Positions 10,401-16,600 of a stretch of 46,981 nt of DNA are shown piece after piece. The notes under the pieces were generated by a model that saw nothing but the letters and a program-made list of their open reading frames with translations, had not been told where the DNA came from and ran no database searches. The position numbers and the translations under genes are program-made. The number at the start of each line of letters is the position of its first letter. Position 1 is the stretch's first letter. Origin of the DNA: an uncultured Bacteroidota bacterium (GTDB taxonomy: Bacteria; Bacteroidota; Bacteroidia; UKL13-3); the NCBI GenBank assembly GCA_903898215.1, contig CAIUEQ010000143.1, forward strand, positions 1 through 46,981, given 5' to 3'.

Positions 10401-11948
10401 AATAGCATTAATAACCATAGCCTGTCCGTCAAATGCCGGATCTCTAGGTAATAATGCCGGACCAACCGCCACTTTATTTGTGTATCTAACAATTTGTCTT
10501 ATTGGTAATGTACTTGTTACCTTAGTAGGGTCTAACAAATCTCTTTGGCTATCGTAAGTAGTGTCAATGAATCTGTGATAAGGGCCAACCACTTTTGCAG
10601 AGTAATAAAAAAATGTTGTATCAGGATGACACTGAACTGTGAACGATGGAAAGAAGGAACCCATTGCTGAATATGCATGACATGGCTGCCACGACATACT
10701 ATCAAAGTTTCTATTGGTAGGGTCGGCCGGGTCTCCAAAATCCCATATAAATCCTTGCCCCATGCCTCCGGGTTGTACACCCAAAATTTCAGTCTGTTTA
10801 TAACAAATTGATCCGCTGTTTCCACTTCCCACACAAACCGAATCGGCTAAAATTGTTCCATTTGGCGAGGAGGTAGTTGAAGTTACATCGAATTTAAAAT
10901 TAATGTTCGCAGGAATTGGTTTTCCTCCTGAGTTTGATGGTGTTTTTCTTAAACTATCTGTACAACCCCAAACATTTGTAATTGACAATTTTGGTTTAAA
11001 AATACCTCCTTCACAATAACAGTGGGTAATCGTATCAAAATGTGCAGAGTCAAATTTTCCAACTGCAGTATCACATTTCGTCATTAAAAAAGGACGCTGT
11101 CCTGTATAGGTATTTGAATCCGGTTCCCACCAATTATCACATAATTGTTTATCACCAAAATCCCACTGATAATGGTTTACTTTATCAATTGCTAGTGGAC
11201 TTAAGTTTTTAAATCGGTAACAAGTTTGAAAACAATATCCGCTAGTTTGTATCCATGAAAAATTAGGCGTTGCACTATTTACAACAACAACTCCAAGTGA
11301 ATCGTGACCGCTAGGATTCACTTTCACTGACTTACAACCGTGATCATCAGTGACTGTTAAACTCGGGAAAAATTGGTTCACAAATCCATATGAATGGCAA
11401 ACGATAGGACTACAATCATTTTTAGAATCTCCATCTCCAAAAAGCCAAAAACATGATGCTAATTTATTGCTAGGTGATAAAGGATTTTGAATAGAACTAT
11501 TTACAAAACAAAACTGATTTCCATTAAAACACTGTGTATCTAAAGAATTTGAAGTAAGTGAAAAATTTGCTATTGGAAGTTGGTAAACTGTATAACTTAT
11601 TGTACCTGCTGAATAGTGGGTGCTATCTGTAGCAACGGCTTCACCTGAAGCGTTATATACTCCCGGAGGAATTCCAAGAAATGGATATTGTTGAGGTATG
11701 CCTGATGATGGAGTATGGTTTCCTATAAATTTTCCATAAGGAAGCTGAACCGCATCTGCCCAAAACTTAAAGTATGCCAGTGTCTTTCCGGTTGGAAGAA
11801 TGGATGTGTTAATGATAAGCGTTACCTGATCACCATCACAAATAGCTGTAGGCGGATATACCGGATACACATCAATATTTTGTGAAAACAACTTTGGTGT
11901 GCTTAATACCAATAACATCAAAATGAACAAGGTGTACAGCTTTTTCAT
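4431..11948 (-). CDS. giant secreted protein (2505 aa) with PKD-like segments and a T9SS type-B (gliding-motility C-terminal, CHU_C) sorting domain
   Basis: Start trimmed to ATG 11948 (MKKLYTLFILMLLVLSTPKLFS|QN signal peptide); the track ORF runs 28 codons further upstream. Scattered W.FGD(G) PKD-type signatures are present. The C-terminus (nt ~4434-4718), VVIPNVFTPDDNGQNDFF...YDLMVYNRWGTKVF...MWNGKDN.TGADCADGTYFY...HGTVTLIRN, is the TIGR04131/PF13585 pattern. Confidence 0.9.
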   Translation of the reverse strand: MKKLYTLFILMLLVLSTPKLFSQNIDVYPVYPPTAICDGDQVTLIINTSILPTGKTLAYFKFWADAVQLPYGKFIGNHTPSSGIPQQYPFLGIPPGVYNASGEAVATDSTHYSAGTISYTVYQLPIANFSLTSNSLDTQCFNGNQFCFVNSSIQNPLSPSNKLASCFWLFGDGDSKNDCSPIVCHSYGFVNQFFPSLTVTDDHGCKSVKVNPSGHDSLGVVVVNSATPNFSWIQTSGYCFQTCYRFKNLSPLAIDKVNHYQWDFGDKQLCDNWWEPDSNTYTGQRPFLMTKCDTAVGKFDSAHFDTITHCYCEGGIFKPKLSITNVWGCTDSLRKTPSNSGGKPIPANINFKFDVTSTTSSPNGTILADSVCVGSGNSGSICYKQTEILGVQPGGMGQGFIWDFGDPADPTNRNFDSMSWQPCHAYSAMGSFFPSFTVQCHPDTTFFYYSAKVVGPYHRFIDTTYDSQRDLLDPTKVTSTLPIRQIVRYTNKVAVGPALLPRDPAFDGQAMVINAIDSVQMRYVGHVSNFAKYKMVFKNKYIGDTAYYFDTLNFTSPYSPYPIIRPDSVPVYQYWGFAPRTLTNAVLTNFFIPPPIAKTFQTIRDSIVPLSFPTGLKDVQADSCLNILGLHTKPYYYNTIVDPTGKALSTFWYKFARSYNYGVRVLGPFARIENPPAQILIKTSQKQQCGPNDTVDFVNTSVNYKSRNVWRRWDFGDVYAPQCTSFSLPHFPHAGMYSWPPVVKIDSFAYYKPISNTNDYLSFHDTLLVMYDTTRMWSDAVQQFMHSDHFFISNGVTYQGRRNCNYSHDTLPRHVYPNWDTVYLWYRYGHDFMPWNSALPGNFWTKNGSPGTNGTSPYAVKDWDTTWWGKPIYLDILSGNWSKRQDSSFVTHYVDTTYVCNYFTFTDSATIANLIALGSYQSIAGTYGSYINRNHLGKQHFYYSNTPASNCQKKYIERDTLPGKWVKWPRIDTLNQSLPRANQLPRDLLPGNAPNGITPGATQIPDPFQMALGNYTLFSGISIDTAVHFPPLTYTAGKSIVLPPGTTKLPGSNQDFFEYMFRRVIQKCITVTLLLTDSLNNESRTASNRNPSYFNDGDTLDAWDCTMQSTVILALGKPDARGMGKQPKECPGLNGQGTQGYPALRFDDKKQPYPGFKLECGSRTSIWIDIDSLADRMDYTPCYLDGFTSWGVGTYGTALAPGPGANTTPGFLTRNTFYTGMNWNPLPPSPWTGASGSILQYHMGANAGTPPAADSLLGYVTIGVFIGNGLKDSTIKVWKSNYLLNQTNSGGPLRDSAGKIYSWNPADPAGLGNPWTYKNFLLIDQIANKTTPPLVPIPAGWVDDSLPHTYAFNAIINRVPLRRTYDSIAYFPDTLYTLEYIDPNWSRCISDTVWYHNFWRIKELNAAFIKSPIEILPSGINGVYPASYLREREDTIWVIYADSIQDSVKSNVWVWNDQTVTADSFYFSPIDTTDGYYTHGVRRVQYNFDLSSGNPVIIDSTVWPCGVYGTRQFKYPIRFYKRFWDSIGFIAPDILMLRNKCTEPNHDSWAGLYPDTIRIRAQDTTKLPVNYHRFFNYISTAAPDTLVLRSKCPNPNHADPLWSKYGYTNYMDTLFLPMRDTMRFTQYITIDTAMMYLPIWHVYHKTSWEIALKAGLPENAITTIDHFMTNSQNCQYNVGQYFTVGIIDTLHIYGGDWVEDTVFCKNEPAHFIDSLRYWRFDNFITMTAIPIWGTSRPDGYHGFNYGVLEPNAGYPWDTYQFDTINFWARDSINPTDTLVNSNTIYSNSQIDFRYFPGKWTNYDDNLTYLPGVNPNLKRTGHWDRVLRGGNVKVLIPASTSDSAYELLYPGMVIFCPVTGPLGDPGLYTWGTYGGWYPCFTPIITFTPLNSPNYDTLNSITDLSRVPIPTIGRTLIYNNGKGAYKKVGMFYWNGFQWVFISNNQYTSFPFYTHRVYWNFGDGTPIISSTKPTHQFLNYGRFKVSMISRDSIGHFDTCVSFVEVMKPVAKIFTTSDIIGCKDTASFMDSSFVITGANDTNTFDHEVSRKWWFTIRYKYPNGLQGQDTLTPNSVIPNPIWFFNKNGIFKVKLAILTEQGCADTVTKSITVQGPRPAFKIFTDTIGCKPFRVGILNMADSFDMRNPSDTPTLSTFFYWGDGGMSPVTGRRDTVWHVYTDTGVFKIYAVGRDALPLNQVACPEVKIPDDSINIYVKQPYYAKIKADKDTVCVGQLFDVRNLSDSLNYSAYRFERRYADTPLTFIRQDSVFGNMALKNQKFDSVALYKFILFPINYQSSVPKAAQCRMLDTITIRAMKPKAIIQVPFDTTNFPLYKFTNISQAADYYHWLVYQKDGITLRPDADGTKSYTIPNINFEYNLGDDTGSFKVCLVAFTNIPNDPEFCNDTTCVMVNNVYITKVVIPNVFTPDDNGQNDFFKIDVEGELKYDLMVYNRWGTKVFTSTDKTNMWNGKDNNTGADCADGTYFYIFTYKLRAQANETSVHGTVTLIRN

Positions 11949-11985
11949 ATAATTAAGTTTTGATTTGTTTTTTAAATATAAAAAT

Positions 11986-12000
11986 CCCTGTTCGTCAGGG
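11986..12000 (-). terminator. weak hairpin between the anti-sigma-like gene and the giant gene
   Basis: The stem is ccctg-ttcgt-caggg. On the minus strand it is followed by atttttatattt. The stem is only 5 bp. Confidence 0.3.
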
Positions 12001-12060
12001 GTGTTTATTTGAAATAATGAATTTGCTAACATAAATTTAATATTTAATATTTTCTACTTT

Positions 12061-12978
12061 TTAACGAATTATTTTAACAACTCCTCTTTTTGTGTTCACC
12101 TTTTCGGTGTTTTTATATTGATAATTAAAGAGGTAAGTATAATCACCTTCTTCACATAGTTCTCCTAAATTCATCTTCGTTCCATCCCAAATTTTATCTT
12201 TACTATCGCTTTCAAAAACCAAGTGATTTTTACTGTCATAAATTTTTAAATCGTAGAAACTTTCGTTTTCAATTATTATTAAAAGTTTGTCATTAATCCC
12301 GTCTCCGTCAGGTGTAAATGAATTTCCAATTTTAGGTTTCACAAAACTGCTTTCATCATTGATAATAGCAGGAGAAGAAATATTGTTTTCCGGAGGAGAA
12401 ATTTTATGATTTGGCTTTGGAAGAACCTGTTTTTGCTCAGGCTTTAGAGTTTGTACAATAACCGGTTTCGTCTCAGTAATTTTGGCAATTGGTGAATTAA
12501 TTGATATAGATTTATTTTCATTTGCTTCAACAATCGGTTTCGAATTCTCAACAGAAACTGAACTATTTTTTGAATTCTGTTTAGGATGAATTATTGAAGG
12601 TGTTTGTGATTTTTCTTCTATAATATTTTGGTTTTGATCCGGCAAATTTTCAATAGGTTTTTGTTCAATATTTTGAGGCGCTTGAATTTGAGGAACAGAA
12701 ACTGTTGTTTGAGTATTTGTGGCTTTATTGAAATAATTAAATGCTAAATATCCTCCTCCTAAAATAATTCCTGAAGTTATTGCTGTGATGGTGATTTTAG
12801 AAATAATACTTGCAGATTTGAAAACCTTTGCTGTTTGTGAAATGGTATTTTGTGAATTGATATTGGGGGTTTTTGATATTCCTTGTTGAATATCAGCCCA
12901 TGAATTGGAAGGAGGAGTAGCTTCAAATCCATCAAAGCTGTTCCTTAATAATTCATCAATATTATTTATATTTTTCAT
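12061..12978 (-). CDS. single-pass membrane protein: anti-sigma-like N-terminus, low-complexity linker, diverged T9SS type-B (CHU_C-like) C-terminal domain
   Basis: 305 aa, and the start overlaps the sigma stop as ATGA (12975-12978). The N-terminus (IDELLRNSFDGFEATPPSNSWADIQ) is a type often found downstream of Bacteroidota ECF sigma genes. A hydrophobic span covers aa ~56-82. The C-terminus is FTPDGDGINDKL...YDLKIYD...VFESDSKDKIWDGTK..LGELCEEGDYTY...RGVVKIIR. Confidence 0.85.
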   Translation of the reverse strand: MKNINNIDELLRNSFDGFEATPPSNSWADIQQGISKTPNINSQNTISQTAKVFKSASIISKITITAITSGIILGGGYLAFNYFNKATNTQTTVSVPQIQAPQNIEQKPIENLPDQNQNIIEEKSQTPSIIHPKQNSKNSSVSVENSKPIVEANENKSISINSPIAKITETKPVIVQTLKPEQKQVLPKPNHKISPPENNISSPAIINDESSFVKPKIGNSFTPDGDGINDKLLIIIENESFYDLKIYDSKNHLVFESDSKDKIWDGTKMNLGELCEEGDYTYLFNYQYKNTEKVNTKRGVVKIIR

Positions 12979-13631
12979 CTGATAATTTTTTGCACTTTTA
13001 ACAATTCATTTTGCAAAACAACTCTGGCTCTAGATAATTGAGACTTTGAAGTCCCTTCACTTATCCCCAGCATTTCTGCAATCTCAGCATGTGAATAGCC
13101 TTCAATAATAAAAAGGTTTAACACATTTCTATAACCAGCCGACATCTTATTAAGTACAACCAAAATTTCTTTTTGAGATATTTTCTCTAAAGTAAAATCG
13201 TGGTGTACATTGTTATAAGCTAATTCAACATCTTCCTGATTCTGATGATTTTTATTTGCCCGATAATGCTCTAATGCAGTGTTTATAAAAATTCGCTTCA
13301 TCCAACCTTCAAATGAACCCGTAGAATTGAACTGACCCATTTTTGTAAAAATTTTTATAAACCCATCTTGCAAAATATCTTTTGCATCATCATAACAATT
13401 GCTGTATCGTAAACAAATACCAAACATGCTTTTAGAATATTGGTCATATAAACGTTTTTGCGCTTTCCCGTCTCCACCGATACAATCCTTTATTAAATTC
13501 AGCTCAAGTTGTTTATCCACTTTTATTGTACCAATTATATGTTCAGATGTAAATAGAGGTGCTTTGGTTGCAATGGTATAAAAAATTCTTAAAAGTTTCT
13601 TAATCCTTGTAATCAAATACAGATTTAGCAT
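12975..13631 (-). CDS. ECF-type RNA polymerase sigma-70 family factor
   Basis: Region 2 (DAKDILQDGFIKIF...WMKRIFINTALEHYR) and the region 4 HTH (YRNVLNLFIIEGYSHAEIAEMLGISEGTSKSQLSRAR) are present. The annotated ATG lies only 22 nt from the divergent gene start. An in-frame GTG at 13520 would give a more typical 181-aa protein. Confidence 0.9.
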   Translation of the reverse strand: MLNLYLITRIKKLLRIFYTIATKAPLFTSEHIIGTIKVDKQLELNLIKDCIGGDGKAQKRLYDQYSKSMFGICLRYSNCYDDAKDILQDGFIKIFTKMGQFNSTGSFEGWMKRIFINTALEHYRANKNHQNQEDVELAYNNVHHDFTLEKISQKEILVVLNKMSAGYRNVLNLFIIEGYSHAEIAEMLGISEGTSKSQLSRARVVLQNELLKVQKIIR

Positions 13632-13653
13632 ATTTTAGTAGAATATTTTACGC

Positions 13654-16600
13654 TTGAAAAAGAAAGATTTCATAAAACTACTTTTCACTCTTTACTTTTT
13701 GTGGTTTTCCCACGATAAAATCATTGCGCAAAATCCTGAAAAAATTTCTTCAGAAAATAATTTTGAATTTGTTGAAAACATAGGTCAATGGGATAATCCA
13801 TCGTTATACTCGGTTCAAATGAATGGTGCTGAATTATTTATTGAAAAAAATGCATTACAATATTTTTTTTACGATCAGGGCGACATTGCAAAACTTGTAA
13901 AACATCCACGTGCTGTTAAAGAAGATTTTAAAAGTTACACAGTAAAAGGACATGCACTTAGAATTAACTTTTTAAGCTGCAATGAAAATACGAAGGCAAT
14001 CGGTTCGCAACCTTTTAAACATTATTACAATTATTTTAGGGGCAACAACAGCATGCGATGGAAATCATTTGTAAAACCTTTTGCAGAAGTTTCTCTTCAA
14101 AAAATTTATCCTGGAATTGACATTAAATTATACACCGAATCGCGCACACATTCTTTAAAATATGATTTGATTTTACAACCGGGTGCCGATCCTGAAAATA
14201 TAAAAATGAATTATGAAGGAGCTGAAAATTTAAAAATTAAAAGTGGCGCACTTTACGCTCAAACAAGCGTTCGAACATATATTGAATTAAAACCTTTCGC
14301 TTATCAAATCGTTGATGGGCAAACGAAAAAAATTAAATGCGATTTTATTCTCACCAACAATACATTAAGTTTTAAACTCGGTTCATACGATCATTCCATT
14401 CCGCTTGTGATCGACCCGGTTGTGATTTTTTCAACTTATTCCGGTTCAACTGCCGATAACTTTGGACATACTGCAACCTATGATCATGATGGTAATTTTT
14501 ATGCTGCCGGAATAGTTACCGGACCATTTGCATCTTTTAATCCAAACGGCCGTTACCCTGCAACAGTTGGTGCTTTCATGCAAACTTATAATGGAGGAAC
14601 CACTCAATGGCCTGAGTCTTCATTTCCTTGTGATATCTCAATCAGCAAATACAATAATGATGGTTCAGCTTTGATGTACGCAACTTATTTGGGAGGAAAC
14701 CGAAACGATTATCCGCATAGTTTGGTGGTTGATAAAGATAACAGACTGATTGTTTATGGAAGCACCTGTTCCAACAATTTTCCGGTTACTTATGGTGCAT
14801 ATGATACTACTTTTAACAGCACCACAAACGAATCTGATATCATCGTTACAAAATTTAATACTACAGGTTCTGCATTGATTGGTTCAACTTATCTTGGAGG
14901 CTCATCTTGGGATGGGATCATGTGGTCGGATCCTTCGAGTGTGATTGATACGTTAAGTGTAAACTATGCTGATGAATTTAGAGGTGAAGTACAGGTAAAT
15001 AATGCAAATGAAATTGTGATAGCTACAACTACTTTTTCATCAAATTTTCCGACAACATCAGGTGCATTTCAAACTGTAAATAAAGGATTGCAAGAAGCTT
15101 GCATTTTTAAATTTGACAGCACACTAAAAAAATTAATTTGGTCATCTTATTTAGGAGAGTCGAATAATGATGCAGCCTATTCGTTAGACATTGATACCAT
15201 AGGAAATATTTATGTGGCAGGTGGAACTCAAAGTAAAAGTTTTCCAATAACATCAGGTGTTTACCAATCAAGTTTTGCCGGTGGTCCTGTAGATGGTTTT
15301 ATTACAAAAATAAGTTCAAATGGAAGCGCCATCATGCGATCGATGTATTGGGGTGGGGCAAAATATGATCAAACTTATTTTGTAAAACTCGATACAAAAG
15401 GAAAAGTAAATGTATTCGGACAAACATTTGATTCGATGCCGGTTACTTCAAATGTTTATAGTTCAGCAAAAGGCAGTTTATATATTTCCCGATTCTCAAA
15501 TAATTTAGATTCGTTAGAATTTTCTACGGTTATTGGAAATGGAGTTCAAAACAATGCGCTATCACCGAGTGCATTTATTGTTGATGCTTGTGGAAATATT
15601 TATGCTTCGTGCTGGGGAGGAGAAACAAATTTATATGGTAACGGTTATACCAACTTTCATTATGCTCATAACACCGCACTTTTGCCAATTACAAGTGATG
15701 CTTTACAAAGTTCAACAGACAATAGCGACTTCTATTTATTTGTTTTAAAAAAAGATGCCAAGACTTTATTTTACGGAAGTTATCTGGGAGGAAATCAATC
15801 GGGCGATCATGTTGATGGAGGCACAAGCCGATTTGATAAACGAGGAATAATTTATCAATCGATATGTTCGAGCTGTCATAATAGTTATTATACTTTAAGT
15901 GATTTTCCTACAACTCCAGGCTCGTACTCGCCATTAAATAAAAGTCCGAGATGCAGCAACGCAGCTTACAAACTTGATTTTAGATTAAGCGATTTGGTGA
16001 TTGCTGATTTTTTAATTTATCCCAGAAACAGTTGCTCCGACACTGTGCTCACTTTTACAAACAAAAGTTATAACGGCAAACAATTTTATTGGTATATTGA
16101 TAATGTTCTTAAAGATACTGCACGCAATTACAAATATTCTTTTCCGAAAAAAGGGAACCACCAAATTAAACTTGTTGCCGTTGATTCATCCCGATGTATC
16201 ATTGTTGACAGTATCGCAAAAACCGTAAATATTGCTGCATCAAGCAATAGCGATTTTACTTTTATTCGTGACTCCTGCTCGTTTAAAGTATCGTTTACAA
16301 ACAACACTTTTGTAGCAAACGGAGATTCTGTTCCATACTTTTGGAAGTTTGGTGATGGCGATACTTCCACACAAAAAAATCCGATACATACTTTTTTCCA
16401 GGGAGGAAATTATTTTGTTTCCCTCATCAGTAATCCGGGAACATTATGTGCCGATACCACACAAAAAACTTTTTATCTCGACACCACAAAATATCAACTT
16501 GAACCTCGAATAAAAATTATTCCCTTGCAATCTTGCCTGCCTTCTTCTGTAAGTTTTTTTAATCGGTCAATAAACGGGAAAAAGATTTTTTGGTATTACG

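Noticed and set aside
4458-10834. Short ORFs inside or antisense to the giant gene (4458..4865, 6023..6220, 9368..9637, 10315..10557, 10532..10834).
   Set aside because: All are fully contained within the 7.5-kb ORF, and their translations look shadow-frame-like. The same reasoning applies to the small ORFs nested in the other long genes. These include 1814..2020, 2494..2751, 3103..3315, 13399..13581, 15533..17917, 18993..19205, 20403..20618, 21669..21995, 26437..28297, 29568..31122, 35277..36597, 38339..39728, 40530..41497, 42689..43783 and 44440..46048.
11949-12032. N-terminal extensions of track ORFs. They are 12032 (ATG), 28423, 29513, 18759, 36743 and 46859 (TTG starts), and the long form of 13631.
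   Set aside because: In each case an internal ATG immediately precedes a canonical signal peptide or a conserved N-terminus, so I trimmed the starts. The sigma start remains ambiguous.
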